From an uncultured Acidobacteriota bacterium (lineage in GTDB: Bacteria > Acidobacteriota > Thermoanaerobaculia > Multivoradales > UBA5704), in NCBI GenBank assembly GCA_963770895.1, contig CAVYRF010000002.1:1088001-1152000 (forward strand): 64,000 nt of DNA. The letters run 5' to 3'. The notes under the pieces are model-generated. The model was not told the DNA's origin. It did no database searches and worked only from the letters and a program-made list of their open reading frames with translations. Both the position numbers and the translations under genes were made by a program. Positions 46,987 to 57,929 of this stretch are shown piece after piece; within the stretch, counting starts at the first letter, position 1, and each line of letters opens with the position of its first letter.

Positions 46987-47781
46987 TCAGGCGGTGAGGG
47001 GCTCTTCTTCACGCCAAATGGCGTGGCCGCTGGCGTAGTGCTCGCGCTTCCAGATGGGGACTTCGGCTTTCAGGCGCTCCAGGGCCTGACGGCTGGCTTC
47101 GTAGGCGGCGTCGCGATGGGGGGCGGCGGCGGCGATGGCGACGCTGGCTTCGCCGGCGGCTACGTCGCCCAGGCGGTGGACGATGGCGATGCGCACGCCT
47201 GGCGCCTGGGCCTCCAGCTCGGTTGCGATGCGATCCAGGGCTTGCAGGGCCATGGACCGGTAGGCGGTATAGGTGAGCTTCAGTACTGCCTGGGGGCTTG
47301 ACGGCAGCGCCGCCGGCACGGTGTCGCCGGGCCGCGGATCGACGTGGGATTGCTGTCGATGCTCTGCGCCTGGGGCCTTGCCGTGGTCGCGGACGGTGCC
47401 CAGAAACAGGAGCACGGCGCCCCGTTCCGGCGCCGCGACACGCGCCACGACGCCCTGCACGTCAATGGGGGTTTCTACCAGCTCGACGCGGGGCCGCGCG
47501 TGTACCGCCGGCAGGGCAGGGATCGGTCCGCCGTCGCTGCCGCCCGACACCGGCGGCAGCAGGGCGACCTCGGCGCCGTCGTACAGCGGCGGGTCGCCCT
47601 GCGCGATCGCGCCGTCCAGCGCCACGGCCAACCGGGGCCACAGCGGGGCGAGGCTGGGGTAGCGGACATCCAGCCAGCGGCGCAGGTCGACAAGTCCAGC
47701 GCCGTCGGCCAGCTCCACCGTCAGCTCGGCGGCGCCAAGGGCGTCGCTCGCGCTCGCAAAGGCCAGGACGCGGATTTTCAT
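46987..47781 (-). CDS. Fused molybdopterin synthase MoaD-MoaE (MoaX-like)
   Basis: MKIRVLAFA..EVALLPPVSGG followed in frame by GAVLLFLGTVR, HRLG, PHR, LKAEVPIWKRE. Confidence 0.93.
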   Translation of the reverse strand: MKIRVLAFASASDALGAAELTVELADGAGLVDLRRWLDVRYPSLAPLWPRLAVALDGAIAQGDPPLYDGAEVALLPPVSGGSDGGPIPALPAVHARPRVELVETPIDVQGVVARVAAPERGAVLLFLGTVRDHGKAPGAEHRQQSHVDPRPGDTVPAALPSSPQAVLKLTYTAYRSMALQALDRIATELEAQAPGVRIAIVHRLGDVAAGEASVAIAAAAPHRDAAYEASRQALERLKAEVPIWKREHYASGHAIWREEEPLTA

Positions 47782-47984
47782 GCTGCGATCGTAGTGCAGG
47801 CGCGGCGGAAGCGACATCCCGCCCTGAGCGCGCTCAATACCCACGCGCGCCGCGGCTCCACGAGATCCCCGGGACGCCAGCGGCAGCAACAACCACTGAT
47901 GGCGTGATCACCCCCTCCTGCCCCAAAGAGTGGCGCCCGCTGGCGGCGGCGCCGCCAGCGCGTTCCGGGACCGGCCGGGGAGGG

Positions 47985-48230
47985 TCAGAGCTTGGCGTTG
48001 TGCACCGGCTCGGGCTGATTGTGCTGGTTGGCGCGGACGTTTTCGACCCAGCGGTCGAATTCGGTCTGCGCCTGCTCTTTGTGGTAGCCGTAGCGCTCCT
48101 GCAGGGAGCCGACCAGCTTGTCGCGATTGCCGGCGGCCCGCTCCAGGTCGTCGTCGGTCAGCTTGCCCCACAGCCGCTTGGCTTCGCCCTTGAGCTGCTT
48201 CCATTGTCCTTCGATGATGTGGTCGGTCAT
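47985..48230 (-). CDS. CsbD family stress protein
   Basis: IEGQWKQLKGEAKRLWGKLTDDDL..LQERYG; AAGAAAGG RBS. Confidence 0.93.
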   Translation of the reverse strand: MTDHIIEGQWKQLKGEAKRLWGKLTDDDLERAAGNRDKLVGSLQERYGYHKEQAQTEFDRWVENVRANQHNQPEPVHNAKL

Positions 48231-48342
48231 GGCTGGTCGTCCTTTCTTGATGGGTGACCGGGAAAGTTCGCGTCGCCCCTGCTGCAACCGTTCATTTCCA
48301 GCCACTGCAAGCGTCAAGCCAGGGATTGCGGGCCCGCACCCA

Positions 48343-48364
48343 TATAATGCGCGGGCACAGGAGG
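48343..48364 (+). promoter_or_regulatory. Consensus -10 (TATAAT) and RBS (AGGAGG) for the carboxylase operon
   Basis: TATAAT at 48343-48348; AGGAGG at 48359-48364, 7 nt before the TTG; no well-spaced -35. Confidence 0.5.
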
Positions 48365-48371
48365 GACGGGG

Positions 48372-50032
<1,661 letters not shown>

Positions 50033-50036
<4 letters not shown>

Positions 50037-50198
50037 TGTCCCGTGCGGTTCATTCACCTGCTATTCGCTTGCCCTCCACGCCCCTGGCATCGTTGCGCCT
50101 CCTGCGACATAGTTTCGACTATGCCTCGTCGGCGACGCCTTGCCAGGCGCGCGGATTGCGGCGCGACTAGCAAGCGAATGAACCGCACGGGACACTTG
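50033..50198. mobile_element. MITE-like fold-back element, copy 2, inserted at the carboxylase stop codon
   Basis: 21-bp perfect IR AGTGTCCCGTGCGGTTCATTC (50035-50055 / 50176-50196); ends CTAG and CTTG; core shared with 43805-43973. Confidence 0.8.
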
Positions 50199-50224
50199 TC
50201 GACCGCGGTCGCCCCGGGGGTCAG

Positions 50225-51592
50225 ATGAAAACCGTTCGCATCGGCAACGGCCAGGGATTTTGGGGCGACAACCTCGACGCTCCGGTCGAGCTTTTACGCG
50301 GCGGACCGATCGACTACATCGGCATGGACTACCTGGCCGAGGTCACGCTGTCGATCATGATGCGCCAAAAGCTGAAGAACCCCCAGATGGGGTACGCCAC
50401 CGACTTCATCGATTTCATCCGCCGCGTGCTGCCCGAAGTGCAGCGGCGCGGCGTCCGCATCCTGACCAACGCCGGCGGCCTCAACCCGCGCGCCTGCCGG
50501 CAGCGGATCTTCGCGGTGGCGCGCGAGCTGGGGCTCTCCGGCCTCCGCGTCGGCGTGGTCGAAGGCGACGACGTGCTGCCGCGCCTGCCGGCCCTGATCG
50601 CCGCCGGCCACCCGCTGCTCAACATGGACACAGGCGAACCGCTGGCGCCGCACGTAGACAAGTTGATGAGCGCCAACGCCTACCTGGGGGCGCGGCCGGT
50701 CTGCGCCGCGCTGGCCCAGGGTGCCCAGATCGTACTGTGCGGCCGCATCACCGACACCGCGCTGGCCCTGGCGCCGCTGATCCACGAATTCGGCTGGGGC
50801 GAAGAGGACTGGGACCGCCTGGCCGCCGGCACCATCGCCGGCCACGTCCTGGAGTGCGGCGCCCAGTGCACGGGCGGCAACTACAGCCGCTTCTGGGAGG
50901 TGCCCGACCTGTGGAACGCCGGCTATCCGATCGTCGAGGGGCACCAGGACGGCACCTTCGTGATCACCAAGCATGAGGGTACCGGCGGCATGGTGACCGA
51001 AGACACGGTGGCCGAGCAGCTGCTCTACGAGATGAGCAAGCCCACCGGCTACATCACCCCCGACTGCGTGGCCGACTTCACCACCATTCAGCTGCGCCAG
51101 GAGGGCCGCGACCGGGTGGCGGTTTCGGGCATCCGCGGCGGCCCCAAGACGTCGACGTTCAAGATCTCGGCATCGTACCTGGCCGGCTACAAGACCAGCG
51201 GCCAGGTGACCATCTCGGGGCCGCGCGCCATCGAAAAGGCGCAGCTGGCCGCCGACATCGTCTGGCGCCGCCTGGAGCGGGCAGGGATCACCTTCCCGCC
51301 CGAAAACCGCTCGGTCGAGCTGGTCGGCACCGGCGTCTGCCTGCCGGGCATCCTGCCGCCGGTCGACGACCCGCCCGAAGTGGTGCTGCGCCTGGGCGTG
51401 CGCGATGCCGACGCGGCGCGCGTGGCGCGCTTCGGCGCCGAGCTGGCGCCGCTCATCACCGCCGGCCCGCCGGGAGTCACCGGCTTTGCCGGCGGGCGGC
51501 CCAAGCCGCAGGAAGTGATGGCCTACTGGCCGGCGCTGCTGGCGCGGCAGGAGGTCGAAAGCCACATCGACGTCACGGTGGAGGAAGCATGA
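50225..51592 (+). CDS. Acyclic terpene utilization AtuA family protein (DUF1446)
   Basis: VRIGNGQGFWGD, DYLAEVT, NAGGLNP, ANAYLGA, GHVLECGAQCTGGN, EQLLYE. Confidence 0.92.
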   Translation: MKTVRIGNGQGFWGDNLDAPVELLRGGPIDYIGMDYLAEVTLSIMMRQKLKNPQMGYATDFIDFIRRVLPEVQRRGVRILTNAGGLNPRACRQRIFAVARELGLSGLRVGVVEGDDVLPRLPALIAAGHPLLNMDTGEPLAPHVDKLMSANAYLGARPVCAALAQGAQIVLCGRITDTALALAPLIHEFGWGEEDWDRLAAGTIAGHVLECGAQCTGGNYSRFWEVPDLWNAGYPIVEGHQDGTFVITKHEGTGGMVTEDTVAEQLLYEMSKPTGYITPDCVADFTTIQLRQEGRDRVAVSGIRGGPKTSTFKISASYLAGYKTSGQVTISGPRAIEKAQLAADIVWRRLERAGITFPPENRSVELVGTGVCLPGILPPVDDPPEVVLRLGVRDADAARVARFGAELAPLITAGPPGVTGFAGGRPKPQEVMAYWPALLARQEVESHIDVTVEEA

Positions 51593-52032
51593 CGACCCGC
51601 GCGGCCGCCGTCGCGGCCGGCGCGCCGGCGCACCCGCTGCTGCCCTGGTACACAGGACTGCTGGCCGGCATCGTGCCGGAGCTGCTGCTGGGGTTCCTGT
51701 ACAGCGCCCTGGCCGACCGCCTGGTCTTCGTGGGCTGGGCGCTGGCGCTCGCCGCCTTCCACACCACTGCCCTGCGCCAGGGCCTGCAGGCGGGCTGGCC
51801 GGCGGCGCGCCTGGTCGGCGTCCTGGCCCTGCTGATGGCGGCGGGGGCCTTCGCCTTTGCGCGCCTCGAAGCCGCTCACCAGATGGTGCTGGACCTGGGC
51901 TTTCGCGCCGTCCTGCCGGCGCTCTACACTCCCATCGCCACCAGCCCGCGCGGCGCCGACGTCACCGCCGCCGCCCTTGCCGCCGCCGGCCTGGCGGCGC
52001 TCGCCGCCGGCAGACAACGGAGGAGCCTATGA
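51589..52032 (+). CDS. Small membrane hypothetical protein
   Basis: ATGA overlaps on both sides; 3-4 hydrophobic segments. Confidence 0.7.
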   Translation: MTTRAAAVAAGAPAHPLLPWYTGLLAGIVPELLLGFLYSALADRLVFVGWALALAAFHTTALRQGLQAGWPAARLVGVLALLMAAGAFAFARLEAAHQMVLDLGFRAVLPALYTPIATSPRGADVTAAALAAAGLAALAAGRQRRSL

Positions 52033-52391
52033 AGGTGCGGCTGGACCGAATCGCTCACGCCCGCTCGGGCGACAAGGGTGACGGCAGCAACGTCGGCTTG
52101 ATCGCCGACACCGCCGAGCTCTACCCGGTGCTCGTCCGCGAGGTCACCGCCGACCGGGTGAAGGCGCACTTCAACCAGATCTGCCGCGGCCCGGTCGAGC
52201 GCTTCGAAGTCCCCAACCTGCGCGCGCTCAACTTCCTGCTCCACGACTCGCTCGGCGGCGGCGGCACGGAAAGCCTGAAGACCGACGCCCAGGGCAAGAC
52301 CCACGCCCAGGGCCTGCTGGCGATGGAGATCGAGGTGCCCGACCACCTGCTGCCGCCCGGTGTCACGCAAGCCACGGGGAGCATCGGTTGA
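52029..52391 (+). CDS. AtuA-associated small ferredoxin-fold protein (stand-alone AtuA C-terminal-like domain)
   Basis: IAHARSGDKGD..NVGLIA, VERFEVPNLRALNFLL..LGGGG..SLKTDAQGK. Confidence 0.88.
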   Translation: MKVRLDRIAHARSGDKGDGSNVGLIADTAELYPVLVREVTADRVKAHFNQICRGPVERFEVPNLRALNFLLHDSLGGGGTESLKTDAQGKTHAQGLLAMEIEVPDHLLPPGVTQATGSIG

Positions 52392-53194
52392 GCGCCGCAC
52401 AAGCCGCCGCGCCGTCCCGGCTGGAGACGCGGCGCGACGGCGACCTGCTGTGGGTCACGCTCGCCGATCCCGAGCGCGCCAACGCGATTTCGCCCGCCAT
52501 GATGGCCCAACTGACGGCGCTCTATCGCCGGCCGCTGCGGCAGGAAGGCATCCGCGCCGTGCTGCTCGCGGGGCAGGGCAGGAACTTCTCCGCCGGCGCC
52601 GACCTGGAGCACCTGCGGTCGCTCGCCACCGCCTCCGAAGACGACAACCGCCGCGACTCCGAAGCCATGCGCGACCTGTTCGCGGCGGTGCTCTACCAGG
52701 ACGCCCTCACCATCGCCCTGGTGCACGGCGCCTGCGTCGCCGGCGGCTGCGGCCTGGCCACCGCCCACGACTTCGTGGTCGCCGCCGACGACGCGCGCTT
52801 CCTGTACAGCGAAGTGCGGATCGGTTTCGTCGCCGCCCTGGTCGCCACCTTCCTGCCGCTGCGCCTGCGCGGCGCCGACATCCGCGAGCTGCTGCTGTTT
52901 CCGCGCTTCCTGGACGCCCGCCAGGCGCTCGCCATCGGCCTGGCCAACCGCGTCGTGCCGGCAGCCGACCTGACGGCGACCGGCCACAGCCTGGCCGCCG
53001 AAATGCTGGCAACCGGCAGCTCCGAATCGATCGCCCGCACCAAGCGCCTGCTGCTGGACACCTTGGGCCAGCCGCTGCCCCAAGCCATGGCCCACGCCGC
53101 CCAGGTCAACGCCGCCGCCCGCGCCACCGCCGACTGCCAGCGCGGCATCGCGACCTTCCTGGAAACCAAACAGCCGCCGCGCTGGCGGGAGTGA
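52388..53194 (+). CDS. Enoyl-CoA hydratase/isomerase (methylglutaconyl-CoA hydratase-like)
   Basis: PERANAI, FSAGADL, VHGACVAGGCGLA, SEVRIGF. Confidence 0.9.
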   Translation: MSAAQAAAPSRLETRRDGDLLWVTLADPERANAISPAMMAQLTALYRRPLRQEGIRAVLLAGQGRNFSAGADLEHLRSLATASEDDNRRDSEAMRDLFAAVLYQDALTIALVHGACVAGGCGLATAHDFVVAADDARFLYSEVRIGFVAALVATFLPLRLRGADIRELLLFPRFLDARQALAIGLANRVVPAADLTATGHSLAAEMLATGSSESIARTKRLLLDTLGQPLPQAMAHAAQVNAAARATADCQRGIATFLETKQPPRWRE

Positions 53195-53901
53195 TCCCCT
53201 TGGCGGCGGATCCCGCGGTGCGCCTGCTGCTGTTCGACATCGACGGCACCCTGCTGCAATGCGGCCCACAGACGCGCGAGCTGTTCGAGGTCGCCCTGTG
53301 CGACACCTTTGGCACCGCCGGCGACATCGACGCCTACAGCTTCGCCGGCCGCACCGACCCGCAGATCGTCTACGACCTGATGACCGGCGCCGGCTTCCCG
53401 CGCGAAGAGGTCGCCGCCCGCATGCCGCGCATGTGCGACGCCTACCTGCCCCGCCTGGAAGCCGTGCTGGACCGCCGCCGCATGTGCCTGCTGCCCGGCG
53501 TCGTCGAGCTCCTGGAAAGCCTGGCGCCGCGCGCCGACGTCTCCCTGGCCCTGCTCACCGGCAACTGGGAAGCCGGCGCCCGCACCAAGCTGGCCCGCTT
53601 CGATCTCAACCGCTTCTTCCCCATCGGCGCCTACGGCAGCAACGCCGTGCATCGCTCCGACCTGCCCCCCATCGCCCTGGACCGCGCTCAGCGCCGCCTG
53701 GGCCGCACCATCCTCCCCACCCAGGCCCTGGTCATCGGCGACACCATCCACGACGTCGCCTGCGGCCGCGACCACGGCATCCCCGTCCTCGCCGTCGCCA
53801 CCGGCCAAACCCCCGCCGAAACCCTGGCCGCCGCCGGCGCCACCTGGGTCGTCCCCGACCTCACCGCCGCCGCCGCCCACTTCCAAGCCAGCAACCCCTG
53901 A
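53191..53901 (+). CDS. HAD superfamily hydrolase (phosphatase)
   Basis: FDIDGTL, LLTGN, IGDTIHD, VATG; GTGA overlap. Confidence 0.9.
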   Translation: MIPLAADPAVRLLLFDIDGTLLQCGPQTRELFEVALCDTFGTAGDIDAYSFAGRTDPQIVYDLMTGAGFPREEVAARMPRMCDAYLPRLEAVLDRRRMCLLPGVVELLESLAPRADVSLALLTGNWEAGARTKLARFDLNRFFPIGAYGSNAVHRSDLPPIALDRAQRRLGRTILPTQALVIGDTIHDVACGRDHGIPVLAVATGQTPAETLAAAGATWVVPDLTAAAAHFQASNP

Positions 53902-53916
53902 CACCCGAGACAGACA

Positions 53917-54162
53917 GTGAGAACGACTCTCAACATCGACGATGAAGCTCTGGCGGACGCACTGCAGATGGCACCGGGCAAGACCAAGACCGAAGTCATC
54001 AACGAAGCGTTGCGCGACCACGCTCGCCGGCAGCGGCTGGCCCGGGAGTTGGTGAAGAACGGAGCAGCAAACTGGGGTGGCGGCAAGCCAGAGGGGTCAG
54101 CGGATCCGCCGAAGGTCCGGGGGAAGACCGCGTCCGAGATGGTGCTGGAGGACCGCCGCTGA
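53917..54162 (+). CDS. Orphan VapB-like antitoxin, probably chimeric
   Basis: MRTTLNIDDE..KTKTEVINEALR RHH-type N-terminus; no PIN toxin follows. Confidence 0.65.
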   Translation: MRTTLNIDDEALADALQMAPGKTKTEVINEALRDHARRQRLARELVKNGAANWGGGKPEGSADPPKVRGKTASEMVLEDRR

Positions 54163-54210
54163 TCCTCTACCCTGTGGGGACACCGGCGACAGACGCAGTG
54201 GCATCGTCGA

Positions 54211-54801
54211 TCACCGGTTAGCTCCGTCCGCCGGCCCGAGAGCCCGGCGCAGCAGGTCGTCCAGGCCGAGCTCCGTCGCCCAGCGCTCGACGTAGGAGAG
54301 ATCGAGCTCGGCTCGCTTCACTTTCATAACACCCAGCAGGTCCAGCCATTGGCGGTCGGAGACCTCACCGCCGCTGCGAAACCAGAGGAGTTTCTGCAGG
54401 ATGATGTCTTCGGCGGTGGCCACCGGAAGACTGGCACCTGCAGAATCCGGAAGCGCGACAAATTGGCGGCGCTGCATCTCCAGGTTGGACAGGGGATCGT
54501 TCTTGAGGATGAACAGGTCCACCTTGGTCATCGTAGCCAGGTGGATGACGTTGAAGGAGGCGCGGCGCTCGACGGCGTCGGCTGCACGGTCCGCATCGAT
54601 GTAAAACTCTGGCGCCAGTGCGGCGACCAAGGGGGGAATGTGCTCAAAGCGAAGGTCCACGACCAGATCCGCATCTTGGGTCGAACGGGGGATGCCATGC
54701 AAGGAGCTCGCGAGAGAGCCGCCAAGCAGGTAGGGGACAGCAAGGTCGTCGAGAGCCCGCGTCACGGTCAGGATGACGGCAAGGGCGTCCGCCAGCTCCA
54801 T
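54211..54801 (-). CDS. Nucleotidyltransferase-fold protein (AbiEii/DUF6036-like), putative toxin
   Basis: GGSLAS..G.PRSTQDADL, KVDLF, TAEDIILQKL, RQWLD. Confidence 0.8.
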   Translation of the reverse strand: MELADALAVILTVTRALDDLAVPYLLGGSLASSLHGIPRSTQDADLVVDLRFEHIPPLVAALAPEFYIDADRAADAVERRASFNVIHLATMTKVDLFILKNDPLSNLEMQRRQFVALPDSAGASLPVATAEDIILQKLLWFRSGGEVSDRQWLDLLGVMKVKRAELDLSYVERWATELGLDDLLRRALGPADGANR

Positions 54802-55064
54802 CAGTACCCTTCGATCTCCGGATCCCAGTCGAATACTTCGATAAGGGTTTCGCGCGGCAGCCAGAGGGCGGCCAAGCGGAGGCGCGCTTCGCGCTCGGAG
54901 AGATTCGGGCCATAGCGGGCGAGGATGCGGGCAAGGGCCAGCTGCTGCACGGCGCGGCCGAGGTCGAGCGCGCGGGTCAGGCGCTCGGCAGGGGACATCC
55001 GGCGATAACCCTCGACAAGGATGTCTTCAACCTCCGGGGGCGTATCCGTAAGAGTCGAAACCAT
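54801..55064 (-). CDS. Small helical protein, putative antitoxin partner of the NTase
   Basis: DTPPEVE..YRRMSPAERL; stop overlaps the NTase start (TGATG). Confidence 0.75.
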   Translation of the reverse strand: MVSTLTDTPPEVEDILVEGYRRMSPAERLTRALDLGRAVQQLALARILARYGPNLSEREARLRLAALWLPRETLIEVFDWDPEIEGY

Positions 55065-55116
55065 GACATGGGCATGATAACCCGCTCATCAGCGCCTTCG
55101 TGCGCAGGGTCTGCCC

Positions 55117-56094
55117 TTGCCGGGGGCCGGCGTTCAGCGTGCAGCTGGAGCGGCGCGCTCTGGCAAGGTAAGCGTCCTTCCACCCACCGATCCGGCCGCC
55201 CAGGTCGAGGCGTTCCCCAACGAATACCTTGCCGGCGATCAGCGCCGCCTTTCCGCCGCCGGCCCGGCACGGATCGAGGTCCACCCGGAGCTGGAAGCGC
55301 AGGTGCGCGGCTCCCGCCATGCCTGGGACATCCGGCTGATCAGCGTCGAGTCCCTGCTGAACCTCGTTCGCATCAAGGAAAGCGCGGACAGCCAGGAAAC
55401 GGTGGCCAAGATCCGCCGCCTGCTGACTCCTCTCGAATACACCCGGCTCGACTATCTGGTCGACGTGGTCTTCACAACCGCGCAGGACGTCGAGACCGCG
55501 ATCAGCGCAGAAAGCGGGGAACCTCTCGCCCCCGAGAGCCGCACGGTGGAGGCGCCCACGAAGAGCACATGGGACTTCACTCCGAGCGCCGTTATCCAGG
55601 AAATACGGAATGGCATTGTGGCGGCGCTGGCGCAGCGGCTGAAGTGCAGCCTCATCAAGAAGTCCAGGGTGCTCTACTGGGATCCGTCGCAAGCTACCCG
55701 CGTGGCGTGTACGCTTTCCAAGCGCTACGAGAACTCAGGTCTGGTCAAATACTGGTACGCCTATCACCCGCCGTGGCATAGCTTTCTCACCGAGGCCAAA
55801 CACGGGTTCTTCGTGCTCGGCTGCACCGACCTGAACCTGGCGTTTTCCCTGCCGGTCGCAGTGATCAGCGACCATCTCAAGGACTTCCATGTCGGTGAGA
55901 CACGAGACGGAGAAAGGCAGTACCATCACATCAAGATCGTGGAGTCCGATGCCGGGAGATACGGTTTGCAACTCCCGCGCTCCGGTGATGCTCTCCCCCT
56001 GGATCCATACGTGCTGCGGCTAACCAGGATCTCTTCACCGCCCGGCCCCTCGGCAAGAACGCTTTCGGAAGCTCCCCCGCGCCGCAGATCTTGA
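55117..56094 (+). pseudogene. Probably 5'-truncated hypothetical protein, possibly restriction-endonuclease-like
   Basis: Protein-like sequence starts only near 55288 (ELEAQVRGSRHAWDIRLISV) and continues to C..SKRY..YWYAYHP..W; atypical codon usage; no clear RBS; family recalled from memory. Confidence 0.5.
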
Positions 56095-56167
56095 ACCCCG
56101 CAAACACGTCCCCCCGGCGGCGGGGAAAACCCCGGGGCGACGATGATGTCGGGGGTGCGGCCAGACG

Positions 56168-56821
56168 TCAGCGGTCGGGCTGGCGCGGCTGGCCCAGGGG
56201 GACGCCGTGGCGGGCCAGGAGCCGGGTGAGGCGGTCGTGGATGCGCGGGCCCAGGAGGGTGCGGGCGGTGGCGCTGACGTCGTGCAGGACGTGCTGCAGG
56301 TCCTGGCGGCCGGTCCAGTGTTTGCGGGCGTAGGGCTCCAGGTCGCCGTGCAGGACCTGGGAGAGAACGGCGACGGCGACCACCAGATCGTCCAGGTAGC
56401 CGATGGGACCCAGCAGGGCTTCGGGCAGCAGGTCGAAGGGGCTGATGAAGTAGGCCAGGGCGCCGCCGATCAGCAGGCGCGAGCGGGCGGGCAGCTCCTT
56501 GTCCAGGGTCAGCCGGACCAGCAGGATGAAGACGTCGGGGACCAGCAGCAGGGCGATCACGACGTCTTCGGGGAGCTTGCCGGCCCGCCGCTCCACGGTG
56601 TCCAGCACCCGCTCGCGCAGGCGATCGTAGAAGTGCAGCAGATCGGGAGAGGGCAGGTGCTCGCCGCCGCTGGCGAGCGCCGCGTCGGCTTCGCGCTCGG
56701 CGGCGTCGGCGTCAAAGGCGGCCGGGTGCGGCGGCTCTCCTTCCACCCCCTGCAACAGGCGGGACGGGATCTCGCCGCCGGGCGTCCCGTCGGAGGGTGA
56801 TCCTGGGGTCTTGGCGTCCAT
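56168..56821 (-). CDS. DUF1232 (YkvA) family membrane protein
   Basis: ALAYFISPFDLLPE..GPIGYLDDL. Confidence 0.9.
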   Translation of the reverse strand: MDAKTPGSPSDGTPGGEIPSRLLQGVEGEPPHPAAFDADAAEREADAALASGGEHLPSPDLLHFYDRLRERVLDTVERRAGKLPEDVVIALLLVPDVFILLVRLTLDKELPARSRLLIGGALAYFISPFDLLPEALLGPIGYLDDLVVAVAVLSQVLHGDLEPYARKHWTGRQDLQHVLHDVSATARTLLGPRIHDRLTRLLARHGVPLGQPRQPDR

Positions 56822-56861
56822 CGTTCGAGGCCTGGCCGCTTCGCTGCCGGCAGCCCTCCTG

Positions 56862-57929
56862 CTAGAACAGATAGGCCAGGGCGAAGCCGACCTGCGCCGC
56901 CATCATCATCAAGTACATGTGCCGCCAGGACGGGTGGTTTTCCGTTTCGGCGAGCGAAGCGGGGTCGCGCACCAGCAGGTAGACGGTGTAGGCGCCCCAG
57001 GCGGTGAGCAGGGCGCCCAGCGTGGTGAGCAGGACGGGATTGCCCGTCAGGATGGCGTGGCTGGCGTCCCATGGGTCGCGCAGGCGCACGCCTAGCGGCA
57101 GCAGGAGCCACGGCAGCACGAAGAACGGGCTGATGATCCAGGCCGCCCGCCGCACGCCGTAGACGATGGGCAGGGTCTTGCAGCCGCCCGCCCGGTCGCC
57201 GGCGATGTCGGCAAAGTCCTTGGTGGAGGCGGCGCCGATCAGGAAGAGGCCGAAGATGCCGCCCAGGTACCAGGGCTCGGCGAAGCCGACGCGCGCCACC
57301 ATGGCCCAGCCGGCGACCTTGAGCAGCACGCCGCGCGGAATGGCGATGGTGAAGTTGGCGGCCATGCCGCGCACCTTGGTGCGGCCGAGCGCGGGGGCCG
57401 AATAGATGAAGGTGAAGAGCAGGCCGGCCAGGTAGATGAAAAATGTCTCGTGCAGGGCGACCGGCGCGCTCAGCTTGGCGCCCAGGGTGTCGAAGGGGTG
57501 CGGCACCACCAGCCAGGTGGGGACCAGCGCCAGGACGTAGAACAGCCAGCTGAAGCGCCAGGCCTGGCCGATGCTCAGGGCGCCGGTCACCAGCGGGCGG
57601 CCGGGCTTGTTCAGGCGGTCGATCTCCAGGTCGTAGATCTGGTTGATGGCGTTCGACGCCGCGTTCATCAGGCTGGCGCAGAGCGAGCCGAGCGCCACCG
57701 TCGCCACGACCGCCAGGGTGAGGCGGCGCGCCGGGTCGGGGTTGTGCACCGAGCCGAAGGCGCAGACCGACCCCGAGATGATGCCGAGCAGAGGCGGCAG
57801 CAGGGTGAAGGGCCGCGCCAGCGCGGCGTACAGCGGCAGCGTCCGCCCGCCCGCGGCCGTCGCCGCGCCAGCGGGCAGGGAGGCGCCCGCTCCGGCGCCG
57901 CGCGCGTTGTCTCCGGCTTCACGCATCAT
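56862..57929 (-). CDS. UbiA-superfamily prenyltransferase, homogentisate-PT-like motifs
   Basis: INQIYDLEIDRLNKPGRPL (NQxxDxxxD) and TKDFADIAGD (KDxxDxxGD); multiple TM helices. Confidence 0.9.
   Translation of the reverse strand: MMREAGDNARGAGAGASLPAGAATAAGGRTLPLYAALARPFTLLPPLLGIISGSVCAFGSVHNPDPARRLTLAVVATVALGSLCASLMNAASNAINQIYDLEIDRLNKPGRPLVTGALSIGQAWRFSWLFYVLALVPTWLVVPHPFDTLGAKLSAPVALHETFFIYLAGLLFTFIYSAPALGRTKVRGMAANFTIAIPRGVLLKVAGWAMVARVGFAEPWYLGGIFGLFLIGAASTKDFADIAGDRAGGCKTLPIVYGVRRAAWIISPFFVLPWLLLPLGVRLRDPWDASHAILTGNPVLLTTLGALLTAWGAYTVYLLVRDPASLAETENHPSWRHMYLMMMAAQVGFALAYLF

Noticed and set aside
56095-56160. GC hairpins as an att site or islet boundary repeat
   Set aside because: No matching repeat at the left boundary near 53902; at most a terminator-like structure
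56862-57929. (Bacterio)chlorophyll synthase implying phototrophy
   Set aside because: No photosynthesis genes in the window, and the first motif is NQxxD rather than NDxxD
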